The position numbers and the translations under genes were made by a program. The notes under the pieces are model-generated. The model saw nothing but the letters and a program-made list of their open reading frames with translations. It was not told the DNA's origin and made no database searches. DNA of 64,000 nucleotides from Balanoglossus misakiensis (Eukaryota > Animalia > Hemichordata): positions 12,351,398 to 12,415,397 of the forward strand of contig CM082588.2 of the NCBI GenBank assembly GCA_040954595.2, given 5' to 3'. Position 1 is the first letter of the stretch, and every line of letters starts with the position of its first letter. Of this stretch, positions 40,503 to 52,798 are shown in pieces.

Positions 40503-43500
40503 CTTGTGTCGTTTTTTTGTCCAGCTAGATCTGGAGAACGGCTGAACCTACCAATTTCAAACTTAGCACAATGGTGCAGGCCAATGAGAGCTGGTGCAGT
40601 ACCCTCGTGAATGTTTAATTAGTCACGTGACCTGATGACCATATATGGGCAAAATTTTCAAATCGCCCTAATTTGCATATGAATTGAGATATCAAAATTC
40701 TGTTCAGATACTTTATGGACCATATGGCCAGGGTTCTACATGCCAAATGTCAAGGCCATAGGCCATGTCAATTTTGAGGAGAAGATTTTTAAGTATTATT
40801 TTTCATATTTTTCGCCCAAGCCATCGGCCTATACTTTACATAGTAAAGCTATGACCACATATTATTTTGGATAAATATGCATACATATCTCAAAATCTGT
40901 TAGGCTGATCATCTCAAACTTTGGTGTGCAGCTAGCCTAGCATTTGTCAATCATTTTAAGCGAAAAAAAATAATATGAAAAATCGACCGATTTTTTTATA
41001 TTAATTTTTTAAATTAAAATTATACCTTTTTACTTATACCTCTATAGTTAAGCTATGAACACTACACGTCTTAATGTGGAATTCTGGTCTGTGCAACGGT
41101 CCTGTACAGTGACTGTGTATTGGGCAGTGAGCACAATGGGACCAAAATAACAGGCAAAATTTTGGGCTCACCTGTAACACCTGCTTAACTCATTAATTAT
41201 GTGCATACCTAATTCTGGGCTAACTAAGAGGGCTAGAGGTTTCGTTCTTGTTGGATATGGACCAGTATAGGGTCAACATTTCTTGCCCAAATTTTGCATG
41301 ACCTCAGGTGACCTTTGACCTACTTTCCTATATCTCGGCATCCAGAGCAGGTACAGACTTGGCGTTTGGATGGTTGGGACTAAAATTGAAAAGCCAAAAT
41401 GGGGACACCTGTGACACCTGTATATCTCATTAATTATGTGCATACCTAATTCCAGGCTAACCAATAGGGCTATAGGTTTGGTTTTTGTTGAACATGGACC
41501 AGTATAGGTTCAAAATTTCTTGCCCAAATTTTGCTTGACCTTAGGTGACCTTTGACCTACTTTACCAGATCTTGGCATCCAGAGCAGGTACAGACTTGGC
41601 GTTTTGAGGGTTGGGACTAAAATTGAAAAGCCAAAATTGGGGATCACCTGTGACACCTGCCTACCTCATTAATTATGTGCATACCTAATTCCAGGCTAAC
41701 CAATAGGGCTATAGGTTTGGTTTTTGTTGAACATGGACCAGTATAGGGTGAAAATTTCTTGCCCAAATTTTGCATGAACTCAGTTGACCTTTGACCTACT
41801 TTACCATATCTTGGCATCCAGAGTAGATATGCTTATTGCTATGTTGCTATGTGCTATGTGCTATGTTGGCTTGGGCCCGCTATTGCTGCTTGCAGCTATA
41901 TTCTTCTACTTCTTCTTCTTCTGTCGTTTTTTTGGTCAGCTAGATCTGGAAAACGGCTAAACCTACCAATTTCAAACTTGGCACAATGGTGCAGGCCAAT
42001 GAGAGCTAGTGCAGTACCCTTGTGAATGTTTAATTAGTCACGTGACCTGATGACCATATATGGGCAAAATTTTCAAATCGGCCTTATTTGCATATGAATG
42101 GAGATATCAAAATTCTTTTAGCAACTTTTGCGGACCATGTGGTCAGTGTCCTACATGCCAAATGTCAAGGATATTGGCCATGCCAATTTTGAGAAGAAGA
42201 TTTTTAAGTATTATTTTTCATATTTTTTGACCAAGCCATGGGCCTATACTTTCCATAGTAAAGCTAAGACCACATATTATTTTGGATAAATATGCATACA
42301 TATCTCAAAATCTGTTTGGCCAATCATCTCCAACTTTGGTGTGCAGCTAGCCTAGTATTTGTCAATAATTTTAAGCGAAAAAAAATAGTATGAAAAATCG
42401 ACCGATTTTTTTATATTAATTTTCTTATGAAATTTATACCTTTAATTATACCTCTATGGTTAAGCTATGTCCATGTCTTATTGTGGAATTCTGGTCTGTG
42501 CAATAGTCCTGTACAGTGACTGTCTTGTGGTTAGTGAGCACAATGGCACCAAAATAGAAGGCACAATTTGAGGCTCACCTGTAACACCTGCTTAACTCAT
42601 TAATTATGTGCATACCTACTTCTGGGCTAACTAAGAGGGCTAGAGGTTTCGTTCTTGTGGGACATGGACCAGTATAGGGTCAAAATTTCTTGCCAGAATT
42701 TTGGGTGACCTCAGGTGACCTTTGACCTACTTTCGTATATCTCGGCATCCAGAGCTGGTACAGACTTGGCGTTTGGAGGGTTGGGACTAAAATTGAAAAG
42801 CCAAAATGGGGGTCACCTGTGACACCTGCATATCTCATTAATTATGTGCATACCTAATTCCAGGCTAACCAATAGGGCTATAGGTTTGGTTTTTGTTGAA
42901 CATGGACCAGTATAGGGTCAAAATTTCTTGCCCAAATTTTGTATGACCTCAGGTGACCTTTGACCTACTTTACCATATCTTGGCATCCAGAGCAGGTACA
43001 GGCTTGGCGTTTGGAGGGTTGGGACTAAAATTGGAAAGCCAAATTGGGGGTCAGTTGTGACACCTGCCTACCTCATTAATTATGTGCATACCTAATTCCA
43101 GGCTAACCAATAGGGCTATAGGTTTGGTTTTTGATGAACATGGACCAGTATAGGGTCAAAATTTCTCGCCCAAATTTTGCATGACCTCAGGTGACCTTTG
43201 ACCTACTTTTCCATATCTTGGCATCCAGAGCAGATATGCTTATTGCTATGTTGCTATGTGCTATGTTGGCTTGGGCCCGCCATTGCTGCTTGCAGCTATA
43301 TTCTTCTACTTCTTTTTTTTCTTGTGTAGATTTTTCGGCCAGGTAGATCTGGAAAACTGCTAAACCTACCAATTTCAAACTTGGCACAATGGTGCAGGCC
43401 AATGAGAGCTAGTGCAGTACCCTTGTGAATGTTTAATTAGTCACGTGACCTGATGACCATATATGGGCAAAATTTTCAAATCGGCCTTATTTGCATATGA

Positions 43501-46500
43501 ATGGAGATATCAAAATTCTTTTAGCAACTTTTGCGGACCATGTGGTCAGTGTCCTACATGCCAAATGTCAAGCCCATTGGCCATGCCAATTTTGAGAAGA
43601 AGATTTTTAAGTATTATTTTTCATATTTTTTGACCAAGCCATGGGCCTATACTTTCCATAGTAAAGCTATGACCACATATTGTTTTGGATCAATATGCAT
43701 ACATATCTCAAAATATGTTAGGCCGATCATCTCCAACTTTGGTGTGCAGCTAGCCTAGCATTTGTCAATAATTTTAAGCGAAAAAAATAGTATGAAAAAT
43801 CAACCGATTTTTTTATATTAATTTTTTTATTAAATTTATACCTTTAATACCTCTATGGTTAAGCTATGTCCATGTGTTATTGTGGAATTCTGGTCTGTGC
43901 AATAGTCCTGTACAGTGACTGTCTATTGGTGAGTGAGCACAATGGCACCAAAATAAAAGGCACAATTTTAGGCTCACCTGTAACATCTGCTTAACTCATT
44001 AATTATGTGCATACCTAATTCTGGGCTAACTAAGAGGGCTAGAGGTTTCGTTCTTGTGGGACATGGACCAGTATAGGGTCAAAATTTCTTGCCCAAATTT
44101 TGAGTGACCTCAGGTGACCTTTGACCTACTTTCCTATATCTAGGCATCCAGAGCAGGTACAGACTTGGCGTTTGGAGGGTTGAGACTGAAAGTGAAAAGC
44201 CAAAATAGGGGTCATCTGTGACACCTGCATATCTGATTAATTATGTGCATACCTAATTCCAGGCAAACCAATAGGGCTATAGGTTTGGTTATTGTTGAAC
44301 ATGGACCAGTATAGGGTCAAAATTTCTTGCCCAAATTTTGCATGACCTCAGGTGACCTTTGACCTACTTTACCAGATCTTGGCATCCAGAGCAGGTACAG
44401 ACTTGGCGTTTGGAGGGTTGGTACTAAAATTGAAAAGCCAAAATTGGGGGTCACCTGTGACACCTGCCTACCTCGTTAATTATGTGCATACCAAATTCAA
44501 GGCTAACCAATAGGGCTATAGGTTTGGTTTTTGTTGAACATGAACCAGTATAGGGTCAAAATTTCTTTTTGCATGACCTCAGGTGACCTTTGACCTACTT
44601 TTCCATCTTGGCATCCAGAGCAGATATGCTTATTGCTATGTTGCTATGTGCTATGTTGGCTTGGGCCCGCTATTGCTGCTTGCAGCTATATTCTTCTACT
44701 TTTTCTTGGGCACTTTTTTCGGCCAGCTAGATCTTGAAAACGGCTAATCCCACAAATCTCATATTTGGCATAATGGTGCAGGCCTATGAGAGCTGGTGCA
44801 GTACCCTTGTGAATGTTTAATAAGTCATGTGACCTGATGACCATATATGGGCAAAATTTTCAAATCGGCCTTATTTGCATATGCATGAAGATATCAAAAT
44901 TCTTTTAGCAACTATTACGGACCATATGGCCAGGGTTCTACATGCCAAATATCAAAGCCATAGGCCATGTCAATTTTGAGAAGAAGATTTTTAAGTATTA
45001 TTTTTCATATTTTTCAACCAAGCCATGGGCCTATACTTTCCATAGTTAAGCTAAGACCACATATTATTTTAGATAAATATGCAAACATATCTCAAAATCT
45101 GTTGGGCCGATCAAGTCCAAATTTGGTGTGCAGCTAGCTTAGCATTTATCAATCATTGTAAGCAAAAAAAATTAATATGAAAAGTCGACCGATTTTTTTA
45201 TATTAATTTTTTTTATTAAATTTCAAACTTTACTTATACCTCTATAGTTAAAGGCACGTAAGCTGCAACTGGATAAAAAATCAATGTTTTAAATAATCTC
45301 ATATATGCTTTTAATTATATATATTAAATGCTATTTCATGATAATATATGAAGCTCAACACTTATTTATGACAAAATGGCCAAAAATTAAAGAAAAACGA
45401 AAATTCCTGAAATTTTTAAAAAAGTGCAATATAATGCAATGAAAAATGAAAATCTGATGTCTCAGTGGTGTACATTTACTTCCATGAGCTCAAGTGGATG
45501 AGATCATGTTTTGTTTATGAAGTTTCACAACCGGAAATGCGACATTTTTATTGTTTCTTTCATTTTCCCACGGTAGCGGCCATAATCGCTTGCGGCAAAG
45601 CTTTATTATTTATCTGGTTAAAACTTGCATATGCACTCATATTTAGGGTTTATAATGCTTGTGTATAGTTCACTGCCTTCATCTGCATGGACTAATGGTA
45701 GTACAGTGTGAAACAAAAATTATGAAAATTATCCCAAAAGTTACAGCTTACGTGCCTTTAAGCTATGTTCACGTCTTATTGTGGAATTCTGGTCTGTGCA
45801 ATGGTCCTCACAGTGACCGGCTACTGGCCAGTGAGCAGTCTGGGACCTAAATAAAGGCAACATTTGGGCTCACCTGTAACACCTGCTTAACTCATTAATT
45901 ATTTGCATACCTAATTCTGGGCTAACTAAGAGGGCTAGAGGTTTCGTTCTTGTGGGACATGGACCAGTATAGGGTCACAATTTCTTGCCCAAATTTGGGG
46001 TGACCTCGGGTGACCTTTGACCTACTTTCCTATATCTCGGCATCCAGAGCAGGTACAGACTTGGCGTTCGGAGGGTTGGGACTAAAATTGAAAAGCCAAA
46101 ATAGGGGTCACCTGTGACACCTGCATATCTCATTAATTATGTGCATACCTAATTCCAGACTAACCAATAGGGCTATAGGTTTGGTTTTTGTTGAACGTGG
46201 ACCAGTATAGGGTCAAAATTTCTTCCCAATTTTTGCATGACCTCACATGACCTTTGACCTACTTTATCATATCTCGACATCCAGAGCAGGTACAGACATG
46301 GCGTTTGGAGGGTTGGGACTAAAATTGAAAAGCCAAAATTGGGGGTCACCTGTGACACCTGCATATCTCATTAATTACGTGCATACCTCATGCCAGGCTA
46401 ACCAATAGGGCTATAGGTTTGGTTTTTGTTGAACATGGACCAGTATAAGGTCAAAATTTCTTGCCCAAATTTTGCATGACCTCAGGTAACCTTTGACCTA

Positions 46501-46829
46501 CTTTATCATATCTTGGCCTCCAGAGCAGGTACAGACTTGGCGTTTGGAGGGTTGGGACTAAAATTGAAAAGCCAAAATTTGGGGTCACCTGTGACACCTG
46601 CATATCTCATTAATTATGTGCATACCTAATTCCAGGCTAACCAATAGGGCTATAGGTTTGGTTTTTGTTGAACATGGACCAGTATAGGGTCAAAATTTCT
46701 TGCCCAAATTTTGCATGACCTCAGGTGACCTTTGACCTACTTTTCCATATCTTGGCATCCAGAGCAGATATGCTTATTGCTATGTTGCTATGTGCTATGT
46801 TGGCTTGGGACCGCTATTGCTGCTTGCAG
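31345..46829 (+). mobile_element. 15.5-kb array of Helitron2/Helentron-type non-autonomous elements (family A): 14 5' heads and 10 bodies
   Basis: Head hairpin agggcccaagcc-cagca-ggcttgggccct, then (CTT)n. Body marker tagatct(g/t)g at about 31662, 33482, 34900, 36052, 37459, 38942, 40526, 41941, 43344 and 44728. Each body has 2-4 internal ~240-bp repeats, a 3' inverted gcttgggccc and the hairpin gctgc-tt-gcagc. Confidence 0.85.
45252..45757. mobile_element. Kolobok-like MITE inserted in the last array body
   Basis: TTAA|AGGCACGTAAGCTG ... CAGCTTACGTGCCT|TTAA. The flanks rejoin as the array motif tata(g)ttaagctatg. Confidence 0.8.
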
Positions 46830-47008
46830 ATCTGCTTGCAATGTCACCTGTAATTTTTATTCTGGTGTGTCACTGTTTCCGAATAATCCTCAAATGGGAC
46901 CACAGTGTCCTTGACGCTATTTTTTGTGATTTAATTGGTATGCAAGATAATTTTTTTGTCATGAAACTTTCAGGAAAGGCTCGGAACATCCAAAAGAACA
47001 ATTTAACA

Positions 47009-49352
47009 ATCGCGCGATCGCGCGTCCTGGAGAAAACACTGAAGTTGATTTCCGGGTTCGAAAATTACGAAAAAAAAGCCTCGACGCGCATCAGTCTGCA
47101 CGATAGCTTCAACTTCCGGTACCTATGAATGCCGGGTAATATCCGCAACAGAGGCGTTATCCATGCGTGTAATTGAAAGTAAACAAAAGCCAGCGATATT
47201 GGCGAATTTAAGTTGCGGTTTTCTCGTAAACTAGAGAATGACTTTACTATTATGAGGATGGGAGGTGTCGACTGCATGTCTGACGAACGTTGTACAGTAA
47301 TTTGTTGTTAAATATACATTTTTCAAAACATGTTTTTTTTACTCTGAATTAAGGTTGGTAAAATTCCTTAATTTGAAGCATACTCGACTTTCAACATTTG
47401 TACTTTTTGGTCTAAAGACGGTATTGCCGACTTATGTGGATTAAACTTACCTCCGTATGTAAATAAACGAAAATCAGGTCAACTGGGTTCACTGAACGCG
47501 CTTGCTGTCGGCAGAAATGTAGCCAATTTACGTTAGTCGATATTGGGCAAAATCCGGATATTTTGTCAATTTTAGGGCAAAATCTTGGTCTTGGCGTCAA
47601 CTCTGTGCAAAAAAGGCTGCTACTATCGTGTTCGGGAAGTCATGGACTGTCCCGGTAAGCGGGTCCTATGATGCTGCCGGTTCCGTAGGATTCCTCAGCG
47701 CGTGACCAAATAGAGAGTGCATTTCCAGGGGGATTTACAGGCATCTCTTTGATATGTTGTACTTTTTCGTCTAAAAATCATATCAGCAATCTTGTATGAA
47801 AAATATGCCCTTCTGATATTACCTTTCATTCAAAAATAGTCAAATGTGCAGTCAAATGCTAAGATGTGCCCGTAGGATAATATAAATATGAGGAAAAATA
47901 TAGAAAATGCTATTATTTTCGAGTCCATTTTGTTCGAACGTTTGAGCCATTAGGAGAGTGCAAACCCCTACACCGACACATGGTTTACTCCAGGGATCTT
48001 TCAGCTTTAAAATGCAACACTCTCGGTTTACCGCCTACCCAGATTTTGTTTTGGAACGCGTGAGTTTGAAGACATCCATAAAAAACATTGATTGACACAC
48101 GCCGGATTTCAGTCATGTGAGCATTTAGCGCCGCATTGTCCAATCCAGTTTTATTTTCTTGAATGCAGCATGTCATTTGTCACTCCCCATAAAGTTTTGC
48201 GTTGGCAGATATGCCCCAATATGGTAAAAAATGGGCGTAAAAGTCAAGTCTGGTGACATGGCGGGAAATTCTCACGTGTGCAGATCAACTCAATAATAAT
48301 GTCATGTGATACCATAGAGCTGCGTCTATTGGTGGAAAGTGGCAGGTCATGCATAATGAGCGTCTGTCTACGGTAGATCATTTGCTCATTCATCTGAGGC
48401 AGACTAATACGGAAGTATCTCCTCGGTGTTCTTAGCTAATTGTACTTTAGTTCGGGTTGAATTTAGAGGTAAACGTATGGCAATGCATGTTTTTAATCAC
48501 AGATCAGTCATAACTCTGCTTGTTTGGGCCATGTTTTTCATCTGAGCCTCCAGAACACCGGGTCCACAGCCACTGTTGTATACGATCGATGGACAAGTGC
48601 GTGCGGTTACAAAGTAGGCATTTTTGTCTAGGCTAGCGTTTTTTTTCTCTCTCCATTTGTTTTTCTTCATTGGAGAGTTAATTAGTTTCGATAGATAATT
48701 CGCTTGGTGTCATATCTATGGTGTAAACCATTTAGGATAAAAATTACATGTTTAAAAAATTCAGTATGTATGCATGAATTGAGTGATTATTTGAGGAACC
48801 TATTCAAATCTGGTTCACAGTCATTTCTTTCATTTCATGGCAAGACCACGCCAAATAGAAGAACAAAAAAATCAGAAAAAGTTTCAGATGTTCCAAGTAT
48901 AACAGAAAGTGGGTCAGTGCGAGGACAAGAGTCCTTGAAATTGTCACACTTCGTGCCGCGTACTTCGTGTTGACATGAATTTGGCGGAAGTGTAAAGCAT
49001 TTGTGTGTAGGGTTGGCAAAATTAAGCGCATGGATTGGTATGCGTACAGAGGTTGTCAGCGTTCGCAAATCATTGCGAAAATATTTAGTTTGCGTATAAA
49101 GTTTACAAAAATATCAATTTATGATAGAAATTGTTCACGCAATGTAAAAAAAATAATTGATCTTGATGCATGAAAATTTGCGCCTACCCATGTAAAAAAT
49201 GGTTTGTCGGACGATGACGAACATGCCAATAACTCGATCACAGTCAATCAAATCACTGGTACCAGACACGCCCTAATCGAGGGGTTATCGTGCAGACTGC
49301 ATGTTTAAAAGTGACGCGCGAGAGGACGCTAAACAAACTCTTTTTTTTGGCC
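47009..49352 (-). mobile_element. Zator-like element copy 1 (terminal ~140 bp, split by an insertion)
   Basis: 47009-47091 plus 49303-49352 is the reverse complement of 51422-51561. Confidence 0.7.
47092..49299. mobile_element. 2.2-kb non-autonomous TIR element (CAGTCT termini, 3-bp TSD; Academ-like)
   Basis: TIR CAGTCTGCACGATA..TATCGTGCAGACTG with TSD CAT (47089-91, 49300-02). Confidence 0.8.
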
Positions 49353-49727
49353 TTATGTAATCATTCAGGAATTTGCTGTGTTTTGAAACACAGGAGGGAG
49401 TTCCTGCCTAATTAAAACAACTCAATAAAGTAAATACACAATCTGACCAGTAGTTCTTGAGTTACTGAGTTTTGACCAAATTCACATTTGTCTAGCTAAT
49501 TTGCATATTTTTGGCAATGACAACTTCATTTGAACAAACTCCCATCTACAGCCCAGCCTGCATCTGCACACCAAATATCGAGGTTATACGCGCAGCGGTT
49601 TTCAAGTTTTTGATGTGGACGGACATACAGACATACATCCATCCATACATCCATACATCCATCCATACATACATACAGACGCAACCGATCCCATAAGGTC
49701 CCATGGTGAAAACCAATGGGACCTAAC
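49353..49727 (-). mobile_element. 5' half of a Helitron2 family B copy, inverted
   Basis: Reverse complement of family B from its 5' hairpin to gattacataa. The 3' half continues on the + strand at 52741. Confidence 0.8.
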
Positions 49728-50026
49728 AACGGATTCGGACCAAACTACGGTGGTTAAAGAATTTAACAATGTGTTCAACTTAATTCAGAAGCATGCATTC
49801 TCACCTACAGAAATCAATCTAGCCTTAGCATGCCAAACTTGTCATTACATATGCTACAAGCTCCTTTCTTGGCTAAATGCCGACATGGGTTTGAATAGTT
49901 ACACCACGAAAAAGGGAATTCTCATGTATTATTGCAATTCACAATTATTGTCTAGTGTAATGACCTGTAAAACTTTTAGGCAGAGACTTCCTAAGGAGAT
50001 ATACATTTTGATGCAATACCTCCTTG

Positions 50027-50268
50027 TAGTGCAGGAGCTAACCCCACATTTTGGCATAATTGTGCACTTTGGGTTAAAAGCATAAAACTTGGTACACTTA
50101 TGCATTGACCCGTGGCGGCTGTTTTCTGATATGGATCCAAAATTACAGCGCCCTCTAGTGGCCAGAAAAAGACATTCATACTTAAAAATTGTGCACTTTG
50201 GGTTAAAAGCATGAAATTTGGTACAATTATTCATTGACCCATGGCGGACATTTTCCAATATGTATCCC
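50027..50268. mobile_element. Truncated third copy of the 1.16-kb Academ-type element
   Basis: Matches 55304-55545 from the TAGTGCAGGAGC terminus and stops after about 240 bp. Confidence 0.8.
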
Positions 50269-50512
50269 TCATTTCTATCACTTACTGCTAGGCAAAGTCA
50301 TCAATGAAAAATCTTCAAAAATGATCAGTCTGTTTTCATTTGATATAAAATAACATGTAAAGACAAAAAACCATTGCTTCTGGTGGGCTTCGTAAAGCAT
50401 TCAGAGCAGTTAGTCAAACTGGACTGAAGTGATCATAATGAGATTGCGAACCATGTTTTCAAAATACTTTTTGCGTTCTGTCACAGCATGTTTGACATTT
50501 TTGCAGACATTT

Positions 50513-50709
50513 TCAGTGTGGGTGTGTGCTATAATTATCCTTCAGATAGTGGAAAGCATCACTACATTCACACGGCTTGACAACTCTTGGAAATGGTATT
50601 AAACGTTCACATTCTCTACGGAAGTCTGGTTCAAGGAAGTCTATTCCAATGTCAAGAATACCAGCTTGAATGGCCACCTCTTGCAATTCATCATCACATA
50701 CTTCCCAAC
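50513..50709 (-). pseudogene. Orphan terminal exon, probably transposase-derived
   Basis: ttttcacag| acceptor, then open frame GWEVCDDELQEVAIQAGILDIGIDFLEPDFRRECERLIPFPRVVKPCECSDAFHYLKDNYSTHPH*. From memory it resembles the C-termini of invertebrate integrase-core proteins. Confidence 0.45.
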
Positions 50710-51421
50710 CTGTGAAAAATTCAAATACAAGAACAAATATTCAGACAAGTTTTAGTCCACCAGATGACCCTCACTCCAGTTTTCTCATTTGATGAGCACT
50801 GTATACAGGTACATCAACTTAGGTTCCAGGATAGGACATGGCCCTTTTTAAATAAACATTCTGTGTAAGAATGTAATGAGCAGACTAGAAATGGCGTGGT
50901 TGGGTACATTTGTGCTAATTTCCCCATAGAGTTACATGTAAAAATAGAAGAAACCACCTCGCCACTGGTTTTGAGTAGTGTGGGTCGGACGATTGCCAGG
51001 TTCTGATCGTGTTATGTCCCGTGTGACTGCCATGGCGCGTCACGGTGATTGGATGAAAGTATTCACACACAACGCATAGAACTAACCAAGTACGTCTCCG
51101 CGATCTTTTCTCGCCTTCCTTGTCCCGGCTCTCTTCTCCTTCATTGCCTCCTTAAACATTGTCCACGCCGTAGTCATTGTATATGATCCGTGAGCTGCGA
51201 AGTAATATTTAATATCACTATTTTACGATGCATATACACATGATACAGATGACAGGAAAACACTGCTGCAATCCGCCATGTTCCAAAAATCATCGTCATT
51301 TTATGATGTAAAGTGCAAATGAAAGGACCTTCTGTAAAAATATATGATGAGTGATGTACTCGAAAACTCAACATTTTATGCCACTGCACCTACCTCAATA
51401 TGTTCTCAAATTTTGCAGTTA

Positions 51422-52740
51422 GGCCAAAAAAAAAAAGAGTTTTGTTTAGCGTCCTCGCGCGCGTCACTTTTAAACATGCGCGTCGAGGCTTTTTTTTTCG
51501 TAATTTTCGAACCCGGAAATTAACAGTTCAGTGTTTTCTCCAGGACGCGCGATCGCGCGATTCCCCCTATTTTACACTTGAAGCGCCCCTTGTAACAAGT
51601 TCAGGGGGCGACAATCGCCCCTTCGTGAGCAGCCCACCCGGCCAGTACATGCGCGTCCAAGCCTCAATAGCAGGCACCGTCAGTCAAAACACTGGGAAAA
51701 CGGCCGATATTACTGCGTGCTGGCCTATACATTTTAACTTCCCACCCCCCAAAACTATGTTGTAGATGACTTTCACATTCATTCACGTGTAATTTTGCTC
51801 CAGGGCTGTAGTGTGCAATTGTTGGAACAGCCTATCTGGATACCGTCTAAATTTAGAGCACACACTCTGCACTCAAGTGAACTTGTTGTTATGGTGACTT
51901 TTGAAATTGGGTTGGCAAAACGTAACAATTTTATGCAAATTAAAGAAACTGCGTTCCTGCCATGGCGATTATCAAGAATGTATCAGTTTTCCATGACCTT
52001 GTTTTCTTACGTAGGAAGGAAAGTCATTCAATATGTACAGAGACTGTTTATTTGAGTAGTGTGCATAGCCACAGATGGGGAAGTGTACGCAGAAATCTCA
52101 AGGAATATACCGCTTCAATTTATTTCACTATTAATGGTTTCACAATCTAATATTTTGGCAGCTATAAAACTGAAACTTTTAAAATCAAACAAGAAATTTT
52201 TTTCTCAGGTGTAGTATTAAAGAAAGACACTATTGATTTTGCAGTTGCATTTATTTTATTCATTTCACTCTACTTGTCAGGGGAGCAGTTAATCAGTCAC
52301 TCTCCTACCACTTGTGTAATTAATTTCAGGAGTTATTTTCAGCTCTCCAGCATTTTTTAAATTACATGCCCTGAAAGTTATGCAAGCTGGTGTCTTCCTC
52401 TGCAAAAACTACTAATTTAAAGTAGAAAAAACTGTAACTGTTAATATGTTGTCAAGTTCACATGTAAAATGTTGTCATTTACTTATGCTGTTTTTAATAT
52501 GGAATGAAGGCAGTTAGTAAGTTAACGTTCAAAATTGTCATTCCTTGATGTTTACCTAATTAACATAAATTATGCAAATCATGATTCCCCCTACTTTGAC
52601 CAAATCCCCCCTTAAATTTGGACTATTAAAGAAATATTTGCTGTTCTTGTTTCGCAGAAAAAAAAAAAAAAAGAAGCCGCATCACCGCATCAATTTTGAG
52701 ATTTTGCTTGGACGCTAAAAAAAACTCTTTTTTTTTGGCC
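51422..52740 (+). mobile_element. Zator-like element copy 2
   Basis: TIR GGCCAAAAAAAA(A)GAGTTT..TTTAGCGTCC at both ends; the flanks TTA and TAA do not match. Confidence 0.75.
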
Positions 52741-52798
52741 TAACTGGCTAAGTTTTATAGAGGCCAGCTGTTCTATTTAGTGTATGTACAGTACATAT

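Noticed and set aside
31194-46914. Recurrent hydrophobic ORFs such as RAQAQQAWALL and LGPKPSRLGPY
   Set aside because: They are chance read-through of hairpin heads and (CTT)n, and the frames are not conserved between units.
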